Source: Kiritimatiellia bacterium
GTDB lineage: Bacteria; Verrucomicrobiota; Kiritimatiellia; RFP12; UBA1067
Direction of reading: 5' to 3'
Assembly: GCA_050949565.1 (NCBI GenBank)
Contig: JBMNFY010000006.1
Location: 64,001-128,000 of the forward strand
DNA length: 64,000 bases
The position numbers and the translations under genes were made by a program. The notes beneath the pieces were generated by a model. That model was not told the origin of the DNA, searched no databases, and saw only the letters and a program-made list of their open reading frames with translations. The first letter of the stretch is position 1. Every line of letters starts with the position of its first letter. Shown here one piece after another: positions 48,672-58,574 of the stretch.

Positions 48672-49787
48672 TTACTTCTCGTCATCAATACCCCTGAACA
48701 CCTGGAGCCAGCGCAGGATGGGGGATTGGGTCATGCGGACGGCATTCTTCGGGCAGATTTCGTGGCAGCAACTGCAACTGATACAGCGTTGCGTGTCCAG
48801 AGCCGGAGCGGATGCGTCGGCGGGTAGGGTGAGAGCCTGAACCGGGCAGGCTTTTACGCACAGGCCGCAACGGACACAAGCGGCAGGTGTGAAGGCCGGT
48901 CGCACCCACACGATACGCCCGGTGCGCCGGATCAGCCATTCCGGCACGAGAGAGAGCAGGTGGCCCCCCGCCGGTACTTCGAATGACGGGACGGAGATCG
49001 TGTCGCCGAGCGGCTCCGGGCTTGCGGCTTGCGCATCCAGATAGGGGATGCGGCGTGGATCGATCCGCAAGATCCCGCACAAAGCATGGTCGAGCGCGAA
49101 GGGGTCGGCGGATGCAGCGAGAAAGCCGAGCGGGATCGGCCGCCCGTTGGCGGGACCCTGCCCCTCCATGCCGATGACCGCGTCGGCGAGTGTCCAGCAA
49201 GGGGGCATCACCTCCCAGAGTGCGCGCAGCAGTCGACCGAAAGTTTTGGGTTTGGGGTATTGGCGGTGCAGGGCGGTCTTGGCATAGCCCGGAATTGTGC
49301 CGTAGATGTTTTTGACAGCGGCGGTCAACAGGGTAAGCGAGTGGCTCTTGACTTTGGGCAGGTTGACGATCAGTTCGGCCTCAAGTACCGGACGTGCGAT
49401 CGGAAAGGTGAACCCGTCGCGCGTGAAGGTTTCGGCGCCGGCGTGTTCGAGAGCGATCAGGGGAACGTTTTCTTCGGCGCATACCGCACCGATTCCGGAA
49501 CGCTCCCACACACGGGCCAGATTGGCGGCGCTGGCCGGGCTGTCGCCGACCGTGACGTGGGCACCGCATGCTTTCAAGCGGCGGATCACCTGACGCACGA
49601 GCGCTGGATGGGTGGTGACCGCCTGCTCGGGTACGCGGTCGGTCAGCAGGTTGGGTTTGACCAGTACACGTCGCCCTGCCAACGTAGGATCGGCGAGCCA
49701 GCCGGTCATCTCCATGATCCGGTCCAGCGCCGGTTCCAGCGCGTTCTCGTAATTGTCACAGGCTGTCACAAAAACACGATCGTTCAT
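48672..49787 (-). CDS. DUF362 protein with C-terminal 2x[4Fe-4S] ferredoxin domain
   Basis: VLVKPNLL, TTHP, GDSP, NLPKVKSH, AVKN, GMEGQGP; two CxxCxxCxxxCP. Confidence 0.9.
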   Translation of the reverse strand: MNDRVFVTACDNYENALEPALDRIMEMTGWLADPTLAGRRVLVKPNLLTDRVPEQAVTTHPALVRQVIRRLKACGAHVTVGDSPASAANLARVWERSGIGAVCAEENVPLIALEHAGAETFTRDGFTFPIARPVLEAELIVNLPKVKSHSLTLLTAAVKNIYGTIPGYAKTALHRQYPKPKTFGRLLRALWEVMPPCWTLADAVIGMEGQGPANGRPIPLGFLAASADPFALDHALCGILRIDPRRIPYLDAQAASPEPLGDTISVPSFEVPAGGHLLSLVPEWLIRRTGRIVWVRPAFTPAACVRCGLCVKACPVQALTLPADASAPALDTQRCISCSCCHEICPKNAVRMTQSPILRWLQVFRGIDDEK

Positions 49788-49973
49788 GGAGTCAGCTTAC
49801 CAAATCGAATGGGGCAAGAACAACACGTTCAAAGGGTAATCGGTGGGTGACAGGGGGTATGTGAGTTTAGTGCGAGTTTTGTGCGTGTCGTTTTATTCAC
49901 TTCCTCTCGGCGGTGGCTTGGGGTATATTCTTTTTGTGATGGTAAAAGGTTAATCAAGAAACCGGGAGTAAGC

Positions 49974-50948
49974 ATGATCGCTGGATGGATGAAAAGAATC
50001 GGGTGTGCGGGTGTGCTGGCTATGGCGTGCTGCGCGGGAGCGGCACCGAAGCCGGTCATTATCAGCACGGATATTGGCGACGATATCGATGACACGTGGG
50101 CGCTTTCGCTGGCGCTGAAATGTCCGGAACTGGACATCAAGCTGGTGATCGGCGATTACGGTAATGCCACGGAGCGGGCGCGCCTGATCGCCAAAATACT
50201 TGAGGCCGCCAAACGCACCGATATTCCCGTGGGTGTCGGGGTGAGCAAGGGTGCGAAAGACGGTGCCCACAATCAATCCAAGTGGATCGAGGGATATGAC
50301 CTTCAGCGTTATCCCGGCAAGGTGCATCAGGATGGTGTGCAGAAGTTGATTGATATCGTGATGACGTCGCCTGAGCCGGTCACGTTGATTTGCGTCGGGC
50401 CGCTTCCTAACATCGCCGAGGCGTTGCGGCGCGAGCCGCGTATCGCGCAGAAAGCCAAGTTTGTCGGCATGCACGGCAGCGTGCGGCGCGGCTACGGGGG
50501 CAGTGCCACGCCGAGCGCCGAGTGGAATGTGAGGGCCGATCCGGCTTCGTGCCGCGCCGCGCTGTCCGCGCCTTGGGATATTACGATCACCCCGCTCGAT
50601 ACCTGCGGCCTGATCCAACTCAAAGGCGAGAACTACGCGCGCCTCAACGCATCGACCGACCCCATTGTACAAGCGTTGCTGGCGAATTACCGGGCTTGGA
50701 CGGATGCGCGGGCCGCCAGAGGTCAGAAAGGCCCTTCGCCGGACACGAGCAGCACCACGCTTTTCGATTGCGTGGCGGTTTATCTCGCCATCACGCAGGA
50801 CCTGTGCGTGATGGAGAAACTCGGCATCCGCGTGGATGACGACGGGCACACGCGTGAGGACGCCTCCGCCCGTCAGATGAATGTGGCCATCGCATGGAAG
50901 GACCTGCCGGGCTTCGAGCGGTGGTTGGTTGAGAGACTTTGCAAGTAG
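49974..50948 (+). CDS. Secreted nucleoside hydrolase family protein
   Basis: Signal peptide; STDIGDDIDD, VGPLPN, MHG, AEWNV..DP, PLD, LFD. Confidence 0.88.
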   Translation: MIAGWMKRIGCAGVLAMACCAGAAPKPVIISTDIGDDIDDTWALSLALKCPELDIKLVIGDYGNATERARLIAKILEAAKRTDIPVGVGVSKGAKDGAHNQSKWIEGYDLQRYPGKVHQDGVQKLIDIVMTSPEPVTLICVGPLPNIAEALRREPRIAQKAKFVGMHGSVRRGYGGSATPSAEWNVRADPASCRAALSAPWDITITPLDTCGLIQLKGENYARLNASTDPIVQALLANYRAWTDARAARGQKGPSPDTSSTTLFDCVAVYLAITQDLCVMEKLGIRVDDDGHTREDASARQMNVAIAWKDLPGFERWLVERLCK

Positions 50949-51057
50949 CGGGCGAATGTCAGTCGCCGCATGCGTAACCGGTGGTAAGCAAGTGAAGGAC
51001 AGTCGGGATGGATTCGAGAGGAGTGTTTCGTCTCAGGACGCTGAAAGGGGGAGAACG

Positions 51058-52476
51058 ATGGCAACAGGAGTGAATGTGACGCGACGTGCGTTTATGAAAA
51101 AGGCCGCGGTGTCGGCGGCGGGGTTCTCGATCGTGCCGCGGTACGTGCTGGGCGGACCGGGGTTTGTCGCGCCGAGCGAGAAGGTCAATGTCGCGATCAT
51201 CGGCACCGGCGGGATGGGGATGCGTAACGCAAAGGCCCTCCTGCATGAACCGGAAGCGCGTATCGTCGCGATCTGCGACGTGGCGGAACGCACCGACCTC
51301 ACCGCCTATTGGTACCGCTGTCACGCGGGACGCCTACCGACTAAGGAGATGATTGAGAAGCACTATGCCGAGACGGTGCCCGGATACCGCTGTCCCGACT
51401 ATGAGGATTTCCGCGTGATGCTGGAGAAGGAGAAGGGCATCGACGCGATCTTGTGCGCGACGCCGGACCATTCGCACGCGTTTATCACGACCACCGTGAT
51501 GCGGATGGGGAAGCATGTCTACTGCGAGAAGCCGCTCGCGCACAATCCTTGGGAGTGCCGCCAAATCGCAAAGGTGGCCAAAGAGACGGGGGTTGCCACG
51601 CAGTTGGGTATCCACGGCCATTCAGAATCGGGCATCCGCATGGTTTGCGAATGGGTCTGGGACGGTGCCATCGGACAGGTGCGCGAAGTGCACGGATGGA
51701 GCCGTTCCCCGCGCTGGCGCAAGGAGCTTGGGAGACCCGCCGAGACACCGCCTGTGCCGGCCGGCTTCAACTGGGATCTGTGGCTGGGGCCGCGCGAATT
51801 CCGCCCGTACCACCCCGCTTATGCGCCGTACGTCTGGCGCGATTGGTGGGCGTTCGGGACCGGCTCGCTGGGCAATCTGGCTGTTCATAATTTAGACGGC
51901 GCGGTCTGGGCGTTGAATCTGGTGCATCCCACCAGTGTCGAGGCCGTCACGACCGGCGGGGTCGACAGTGAATCTTCTGGTTTTGGCGGCATGTACACGT
52001 TTCGCTTTGGGGTGCGCGGCGACCTGCCTCCCGTGAAGATGACGTGGTATGACGGCGGATTGCGGCCGCCTTTCCCTGAGGAAGTTGATTCCGACGATCT
52101 CCGCCAGCGTCTGGGTGATGGCGGCGACGGGATGCTGCTGGTTGGTGAAAAAGGTTACATCACGACCGCCTCAAACTGCCGCGCACCCCGCCTGTTGCCG
52201 CTGGATCTGCACAAGTCGTACAAGCGTCCCGATCCGACCATTCCACGTGTCAAGGGCCATCACGCGGATTGGTTGTCGGCCTGCAAGGGCGGGACGCCCG
52301 CCAGCGCGAACTTCGAGTACGGCGCGCGCCTGACTGAACTGATCCTGTTGGGGAATGTCGCGTTGCGCACGGGCAAGAGGATCCAGTGGGATCCTGTCGC
52401 CATGCGCGCCACCAATGCGCCCGAAGCCGATGCGTTCATCAGGGAAGAGTGCCGCAAAGGATGGGAGATCGTTTAA
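51058..52476 (+). CDS. Tat-exported Gfo/Idh/MocA oxidoreductase
   Basis: TRRAFMK twin-arginine motif; IGTGGMG, ATPDHSH, GKHVYCEKP, WDLWLGP, WR.WWAFGTG. Confidence 0.92.
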   Translation: MATGVNVTRRAFMKKAAVSAAGFSIVPRYVLGGPGFVAPSEKVNVAIIGTGGMGMRNAKALLHEPEARIVAICDVAERTDLTAYWYRCHAGRLPTKEMIEKHYAETVPGYRCPDYEDFRVMLEKEKGIDAILCATPDHSHAFITTTVMRMGKHVYCEKPLAHNPWECRQIAKVAKETGVATQLGIHGHSESGIRMVCEWVWDGAIGQVREVHGWSRSPRWRKELGRPAETPPVPAGFNWDLWLGPREFRPYHPAYAPYVWRDWWAFGTGSLGNLAVHNLDGAVWALNLVHPTSVEAVTTGGVDSESSGFGGMYTFRFGVRGDLPPVKMTWYDGGLRPPFPEEVDSDDLRQRLGDGGDGMLLVGEKGYITTASNCRAPRLLPLDLHKSYKRPDPTIPRVKGHHADWLSACKGGTPASANFEYGARLTELILLGNVALRTGKRIQWDPVAMRATNAPEADAFIREECRKGWEIV

Positions 52477-52502
52477 GCGTTGAAGGATACGAGGAGAACG
52501 AA

Positions 52503-53528
52503 ATGAAGAACATGAGATGCCTGTGGGCGGCGGTCCTCTGCGCGGTCGCAGTGACGCACGCTGAGCCGGTGAAATTGATTTTTGACACCGATATGGGAAA
52601 TGATACCGACGACCTGATGGCGCTGTGCATGATCCACACGTTGCAGTCACGCGGCGCGGTTGATCTGCTGGCGGTGACCATTACGAAAGATCACCCGCAG
52701 GCCGCTGCGTTCGTGGATGCGGTCAACACCTTCTACGGACGGCCCGACATTCCGATCGGAGTGGTCAAGGGCGGCGTAACGCCCGAGCCCGGTAAATTCA
52801 ATCTGCTGGCCGCAGCCAAGAACGAGGACGGGAGCTTGCGTTACCCGCATGATCTCACCTCCGGCGAGCAGGCCCCCGAAGCCACCGGCCTGATCCGCAA
52901 AATCCTGGCCGCCCAACCGGACCAAAGCGTGTCGCTGGTGCAGGTCGGGTTCTTCACGAACTTCCAGCGCCTGCTGGATTCGCCTGCTGACGTGCATTCG
53001 CCGCTCACCGGCAAGGAACTGATCGCGAAAAAGGTCAAGGTGCTCTCGCTCATGGCGGGTTCTTTCCAGCCGATCAATTGGAAAACGCGCCATCTGGAAT
53101 ACAACGTGATCAAAGACATCCCCGCCGCGCAGAAGTTGGCGAAAGAGTGGCCGACGCCGATGCTTTGGAGCGGGTTTGAAATCGGGATCGCGGCAGCCTA
53201 TCCGTACGAGTCGATCGAGCGGGATTACGTCTACATGAAGCACCATCCGTTGCCCGAGGCCTACGCGCTCTACTCACCGAAGGGCCACAACCGGCCGACG
53301 TGGGATCCCACCGCGCTGCTGGTTGCGGTCTACCCCGACCGCGGCTATTTCACGCTCTCACCGGTCGGCACAGTAACAGTCGAAAACGACGGAGGCACCC
53401 TGTTTACGCCGGGTAAAGGACGCGACCAGTTTCTCTCGATGAATGCGGAACAGACCGAACGCGTGCGCGAGGCGATCGTGCAGCTTTGCGTGGCTCCGCC
53501 GACGCATGTCGCCGCCCCCAAACGTTAG
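52503..53528 (+). CDS. Secreted nucleoside hydrolase family protein
   Basis: Signal peptide; FDTDMGNDTDD, VGFFTN, MAG, EYN, GFEIG, RPTWD. Confidence 0.88.
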   Translation: MKNMRCLWAAVLCAVAVTHAEPVKLIFDTDMGNDTDDLMALCMIHTLQSRGAVDLLAVTITKDHPQAAAFVDAVNTFYGRPDIPIGVVKGGVTPEPGKFNLLAAAKNEDGSLRYPHDLTSGEQAPEATGLIRKILAAQPDQSVSLVQVGFFTNFQRLLDSPADVHSPLTGKELIAKKVKVLSLMAGSFQPINWKTRHLEYNVIKDIPAAQKLAKEWPTPMLWSGFEIGIAAAYPYESIERDYVYMKHHPLPEAYALYSPKGHNRPTWDPTALLVAVYPDRGYFTLSPVGTVTVENDGGTLFTPGKGRDQFLSMNAEQTERVREAIVQLCVAPPTHVAAPKR

Positions 53529-53568
53529 GGCCTTACGGCTCGACAAGCGCGATAAAAAACAAGCTGAC

Positions 53569-53630
53569 CCATAGCCCAAGGCAAGCGAAGCGCAGCCCCG
53601 GGCTATGGCACATCCGGCCCTCTGGGCCGG
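53569..53630 (-). repeat. 62-bp REP-like multi-hairpin repeat, copy 2 (between convergent genes)
   Basis: Reverse complement matches 36367-36428. Confidence 0.85.
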
Positions 53631-53643
53631 CGGGAGGACGGGC

Positions 53644-55671
53644 TTAGTCCTCGTCGTCGTCCTTGCGGTCCTTGGCCGCTTCGGCGATGACCTTTTGCGC
53701 CACGTTAGAAGGCACGATGTCGTAACGGTCAAACTCCAGCGTGAAGGAGCCCTGGCCGCCGGTGAGAGAGCGCAACTCTGCCGCGTACTTGAAGAGTTCG
53801 GCGAGCGGCGCCTCGGCCGAAATCACCTGGATGCCCTCCTCGGCGTCCATGCCCAGCACGCGACCGCGCTTGTTGGGCATGTCACCGCTGATCGCACCCA
53901 TGAAGGCCTCGGGGATCGTGATCTTCAGGCGCATGATCGGCTCAAGCAGCACGGGCTTGGCCTTGGTCATGGCGTCGCGGAAGGCGCGCATACCGGCGAT
54001 CTTAAAGGCGATTTCCTTAGAGTCGACCGGGTGATAGGAGCCGTCGTAGACCTCAACGTTGACGTTCTGCACCAGATAACCGGCGACCGCGCCAGCTAAC
54101 TTGCCCTCCTCAACGCCCTTGAGCACGGCGGGGATGAAGTTGCCCGGGATCGAGCCACCCACGGTCTTGTCGACAAACCACTCGCCCTCCTCGTCCTCGC
54201 TGCGGGGGAAAATACGCAGGTAGACCTCGCCGAACTGTCCGGCGCCACCCGACTGCTTTTTGTGGCGGTAGTGGCCTTCGCCTGAGGCGGTGATGGATTC
54301 GCGGTAAGGCACCTTGGGCGTCGACAGGGTGACGTTCACGTTCGTCTGCGATTTCATCAAAGCGACCGCCACGTCGAGGTGCACGTCACCGAGCCCCTTC
54401 AGCAGCGCCTGCTTGGTCTCGATCTGCTTTTCGTAGTGCAGCGTGGGATCGCTGTCAAGCAGACGGTGGATCGCGGTCGAGAGTTTGTCCTCGTCGGCCT
54501 GAGTCTTGGCTTCTACAGCCATGAACATGACCGGCTGCGGCAAGTCGAGATCCGGCATGCGCACCGTCGATCCGGCGGCAACGAGGGTGTTGCCGGTCTT
54601 GGTGTTTTTCAATTTGGGAATCGCCACGATATCGCCGGGGCCAGCCTTGGTGACGGGGGTCTGTTTCTTGCCGACCACGTAGATCATGGAGGAGATGCTC
54701 TCCTTGGTGTCGGTGGAAGTGTTCTGCACACTCATACCGGTGGTGAGCGTCCCGGAGATCACGCGGACGTAGCTGAGCTGGCCGAGGAACGGGTCAACCG
54801 CCGTACGCCAAACTTGCGCCACGGCGGGCGCGTCCGGATCGGAAGCCAGTTCGTTGCCCTCGGTGTCGCGATAAACGCGGGCACCGGGGGCCGGCAACAG
54901 GCGGCAGATGCTGTCTAGCATCTCTGTGACACCGACATCCTTGAGCGGGCAGACCGTGTAGATCGGGTTGATGCTACCTGAATGGATGCCGTTAACGAGT
55001 CCCTTGCGAATATCGGCAGGCTCCAGCGAACCCTGCTCGAAATACTTTTCCATGAGGGCTTCATCGGTTTCGGCGGCGGATTCGGCCAGACCGTCGCGGA
55101 TCTCCTGGAGCGGCCCCGGCAGATCGTCAGTGTCAAGGAGGTTGATCACCGCGTTGGCGTCGGTGGGTGCAGTCACGGGCACGCAGTTCACGCCGAATGC
55201 GTCGCGGATCGCGGCGACGGTCTTGGCGAAATCGGTATTGTCCTTGTCGAGCCCGGTGATCACAAAGGCGACGGAAGCCAGACCGCCATCCTGGCAGTAT
55301 TTCCATGCGCGGCGGGTGCCGACCTGTACCCCAGAGGCGGCATCAACGGTGATCAGCGCGAAATCGGCGGCACGTATGGCGCCTTGGATTTGACCGCAGA
55401 AGTCCATGAATCCGGGTGAATCGGTGAAAACGATCTTGTACTCGTCATTTCCGATCTTGTGCGTTGCCGTGAAGCTTTTGGCGAAGATGGTGATCTTGCG
55501 GTTCTTCTCTTCATCGGAGGTGTCCGCGACACTGGAGCCGTTCGCGACGAGGCCCATGCGATCGTTCAGCCCCAGCTTGAAGGCGATAGCATCGGTGAGG
55601 GTGGTCTTTCCGCTTCCGCTATGTCCGAGAATGACGAAGTTCCGGACGTTTGACACAGATGTTTCACTCAT
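53644..55671 (-). CDS. Elongation factor G paralog (EF-G2 type)
   Basis: GHSGSGKTT, GLGDVHL, PKVPYRE, HKKQSGGAGQFG, DGSYHPVDS, LLEPI; degenerate G3/G4 motifs; not in an rpsL-rpsG context. Confidence 0.9.
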   Translation of the reverse strand: MSETSVSNVRNFVILGHSGSGKTTLTDAIAFKLGLNDRMGLVANGSSVADTSDEEKNRKITIFAKSFTATHKIGNDEYKIVFTDSPGFMDFCGQIQGAIRAADFALITVDAASGVQVGTRRAWKYCQDGGLASVAFVITGLDKDNTDFAKTVAAIRDAFGVNCVPVTAPTDANAVINLLDTDDLPGPLQEIRDGLAESAAETDEALMEKYFEQGSLEPADIRKGLVNGIHSGSINPIYTVCPLKDVGVTEMLDSICRLLPAPGARVYRDTEGNELASDPDAPAVAQVWRTAVDPFLGQLSYVRVISGTLTTGMSVQNTSTDTKESISSMIYVVGKKQTPVTKAGPGDIVAIPKLKNTKTGNTLVAAGSTVRMPDLDLPQPVMFMAVEAKTQADEDKLSTAIHRLLDSDPTLHYEKQIETKQALLKGLGDVHLDVAVALMKSQTNVNVTLSTPKVPYRESITASGEGHYRHKKQSGGAGQFGEVYLRIFPRSEDEEGEWFVDKTVGGSIPGNFIPAVLKGVEEGKLAGAVAGYLVQNVNVEVYDGSYHPVDSKEIAFKIAGMRAFRDAMTKAKPVLLEPIMRLKITIPEAFMGAISGDMPNKRGRVLGMDAEEGIQVISAEAPLAELFKYAAELRSLTGGQGSFTLEFDRYDIVPSNVAQKVIAEAAKDRKDDDED

Positions 55672-55895
55672 ACAAATTGATCCATACACTGGGGCGGCCC
55701 TCTAAAGGAGGGTCTCCTGGGTTAAAAAGCTCCGATCGAATATCACCCCCGTGATATTCCTAACTGGAACGTAGACAATCACTATGACAAATCGGTCATT
55801 CGGAAGCAAGGACGGAATTTGGATGGTTTTTGGCGAATGACGGCAATATCGGAGCGCGTTTGCCGTTCAAATTAGACGGGAGACAGGAGAAGACG

Positions 55896-56726
55896 ATGAA
55901 GACAAAACACAAAGTGGGTCTGATTGTCGGAGCATTGGTCTGCGCGCTGACCGGTGCCGGGATGGAGCATCTCAGGCACCGTTTGTTGACGGCAACGCCG
56001 GTACCTGATAGCGCTGATGTCCAAGAAACCGTCCGCGCACCGCAAGCGCCGGTCCGCGTTGTGACCGTTCGTGACGAAAACGCGAAACGCGATGCCGATG
56101 CGTTACGTCGGCGCGTGAGTGAGCTGGAGAAGGCTTTGTCCGAGCGTGACACGGCGCGCGCACAGCAGCCGGAACAGCCGCAAAAGGTCGAGGCCGAGGC
56201 GAGCCGAGAGCGCGGTGAGGATCGTGGTCGGCGTCGCTCGTGGGAAGAGCGGATGGAAGAGATGCGGCGCGAGAATCCCGAGCAGTATGCCGAGATGCAG
56301 CAGCGTCGTGAGGAGTTCCGCCAGAGTATGGAGCGGCGCGCGCGCGACCGCGAAGATTTTCTTGATGCGGTTGATGTCGCAGGAATGACGCCCGAGCAGC
56401 GACAGAACCATGAGCAACTGCTGGCCACCGTGGCACGCGTGAACACGCTGATGGCGGATATGATGGAAAACGGCCGTCCACGCGGCGAGATGGGCGAAGC
56501 AGCACGGAATGAGATGCGCGAGGCCATGATGGCGCTGGGGCCGCTCTACGACTCAGAACGCCGCTACTTGCTGGAGGCGACCGCAAAGTCGCTCGGGTAC
56601 TCAGGCAGCGAGGTCCAAGCATTCACGGAGCACATCCAGATGATCTTTGAGCATACCTCCATGATGCCGCCGGGCGGTTTCGGGCCGCGCGGCGGTAGAG
56701 GCGGCCCGCCGCGCGGTGGCCGATAA
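55896..56726 (+). CDS. Hypothetical membrane-anchored charged helical protein
   Basis: GGAG RBS; N-terminal hydrophobic segment; E/R/M-rich helices; Gly/Arg/Pro tail. Confidence 0.75.
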   Translation: MKTKHKVGLIVGALVCALTGAGMEHLRHRLLTATPVPDSADVQETVRAPQAPVRVVTVRDENAKRDADALRRRVSELEKALSERDTARAQQPEQPQKVEAEASRERGEDRGRRRSWEERMEEMRRENPEQYAEMQQRREEFRQSMERRARDREDFLDAVDVAGMTPEQRQNHEQLLATVARVNTLMADMMENGRPRGEMGEAARNEMREAMMALGPLYDSERRYLLEATAKSLGYSGSEVQAFTEHIQMIFEHTSMMPPGGFGPRGGRGGPPRGGR

Positions 56727-56754
56727 ACTCCTAAATCCCACATCCTAAATTCTC

Positions 56755-56795
56755 CTTCAAGGTGCGATTCAACCGCGTTGAATCGCACCTTGAAG
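56755..56795. repeat. Perfect 19-bp inverted repeat with 3-nt loop
   Basis: CTTCAAGGTGCGATTCAAC-CGC-GTTGAATCGCACCTTGAAG. Confidence 0.9.
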
Positions 56796-56867
56796 ATTTT
56801 GCCCCGTGTTGGCACAATGGTATCGGGTTTTTGTTGGGGTCTACGTGAGGTAACGGGGTGCTGCCTT

Positions 56868-57431
56868 ATGGGCCATGGGTCCGCGCAAATTGAAAAGGGT
56901 TGTCAAAACGGCGATGTCGTCTACTATCTCGGCCGCGCATGCCGGCTCTGCGTGAAGCACTCGGTCTGGAAGCGGGTCACGCTGGAGTCGGATGTCCTGC
57001 ATGTGACGCTGGCGCACGACACGGATGGCGCGCGCGTCAAACGACTGGTCGATGATTGGTTTGTGCAACAGGCGCGTGAAGAGTTGCCGCGCTATTTCGC
57101 CGAGGCCGTGGAACGGCACGGCTGGCGGTTGCGAAATGCGCGCGTGCCGCTCGTGATGCGTTCGCCTGACCAGCCGCAGGGCTTGCGCCTGACGGTGCGT
57201 CCGATGAAGTCACGCTGGGGGAGCTGTTCGGTGGACGGCCATGTGACATTGAATGCTGAGCTGGTGCGTCTGCCGCATCGGCTGATCGAATATGTGGCGG
57301 TGCATGAGCTGTGTCATCTGGTTCACCATAACCATTCGGCGGTGTTTTATTTTCAACTGGCGAGTTGTCTGCCGGATTGGCGGCAACGCCGCGCTGAACT
57401 GAAGACGATTGCGCTCGAGGAGGCGCGCTAA
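56868..57431 (+). CDS. YgjP/DUF45 (M48-like) zinc metallohydrolase
   Basis: MKSRWGSCS, YVAVHELCHL..HNHS..FY; start uncertain. Confidence 0.88.
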   Translation: MGHGSAQIEKGCQNGDVVYYLGRACRLCVKHSVWKRVTLESDVLHVTLAHDTDGARVKRLVDDWFVQQAREELPRYFAEAVERHGWRLRNARVPLVMRSPDQPQGLRLTVRPMKSRWGSCSVDGHVTLNAELVRLPHRLIEYVAVHELCHLVHHNHSAVFYFQLASCLPDWRQRRAELKTIALEEAR

Positions 57432-57434
57432 AAC

Positions 57435-58574
57435 ATGAAGACGGTGTTGCAGGTGCTGGAGGCGACAGAGGGCGGCACGCGCCGTCATCTGCGCGATTTG
57501 GTGGGGGCGCTCGATCCGTCGGAATTTCGCTGCGCCTTGGCTGTCGCGTGTCGGCGTGATCCCGATTTCCAGAACGATCTGATGGCTTGGCGCGCGCGCG
57601 GTCTGGATGTCACCGAACTGGCGATGCAGCGTGGCCTGTCACCGCTGGCCGACCTTGCCGCGCTCACGGGACTGGTTCGTTGCGTGCGGCGCGTCCGTCC
57701 GGATCTGATTCACGCGCACAGCGCCAAAGCCGGCGCGCTCGCGCGGGCCGCAGGATGCTTCTGCCGTGTGCCGGTTGTCTATACCCCTCACGCCTTTCCG
57801 TTTTTGATGGCGTGCGGGCCGCGCCAGCGCGGGTTTTATCGGTGGGTCGAGCGGCTGGCCTGCCGAAAGACGGCGACGATCATCGCAGTGTCCAGCGAAG
57901 AGGAGACCGCCGCGTTGGCGCTGGGCTATCCGCCTGAGCGGGTGGTGCGCATTCCCAACGGCGTGGCTCCCGTTGAAGCCGGGGAGATCATCATCCGCGA
58001 CACGGCCTCGCTGCGGATCGGATTCATGGGGCGGCTGGCGTATCAGAAAGGGCCGGATCTTTTGCTGGAGGCAATGTGTGAGGTCGCCGTTCGTCTGCCG
58101 CATGTGCAAACGGTATTCTACGGCGATGGCGCGATGGCGGCAGAGCTACGCGCGCGCGCCGAGCAGACGCCGCTGGCCGGCCGTGTGAAGTTCGCCGGTC
58201 CGTCTGCGCAGTCGGATGCGGTCAAGCTGTTGCGCGAAATGGATATCGCCGTGTTGCCGTCGCGCTGGGAGGGATGCCCGTATGTCCTGCTGGAGGCGTT
58301 TCAGGCGGGCGTGCCGGTGGTGGCGGCAGAAGTGGGTGGCGTGACCGATCTGGTGCGGAACGGTGAGAACGGCCTGTGCGTGCCGCCCGAAGATCCTACG
58401 GCACTTGGCGACGCCTTGCTCACCCTGTTGCGCAATGCAGACCTGCGGCGTAAATTGGCCGAAGGGGGGCGCGCGACGCTTGCTTCATTTACCTTGGAGC
58501 AGATGGTCAGTCGCGTGGAGCAGGTGTATCGCGACGTGTGCGGCGCGCCGCCCAACGCGGCCGCAGCGCGGTGA
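57435..58574 (+). CDS. GT4 family glycosyltransferase
   Basis: HAHSAKAG, YTPH, IPNGV, GRLAYQKG, PSRWEG...LEA EX7E motif. Confidence 0.92.
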   Translation: MKTVLQVLEATEGGTRRHLRDLVGALDPSEFRCALAVACRRDPDFQNDLMAWRARGLDVTELAMQRGLSPLADLAALTGLVRCVRRVRPDLIHAHSAKAGALARAAGCFCRVPVVYTPHAFPFLMACGPRQRGFYRWVERLACRKTATIIAVSSEEETAALALGYPPERVVRIPNGVAPVEAGEIIIRDTASLRIGFMGRLAYQKGPDLLLEAMCEVAVRLPHVQTVFYGDGAMAAELRARAEQTPLAGRVKFAGPSAQSDAVKLLREMDIAVLPSRWEGCPYVLLEAFQAGVPVVAAEVGGVTDLVRNGENGLCVPPEDPTALGDALLTLLRNADLRRKLAEGGRATLASFTLEQMVSRVEQVYRDVCGAPPNAAAAR

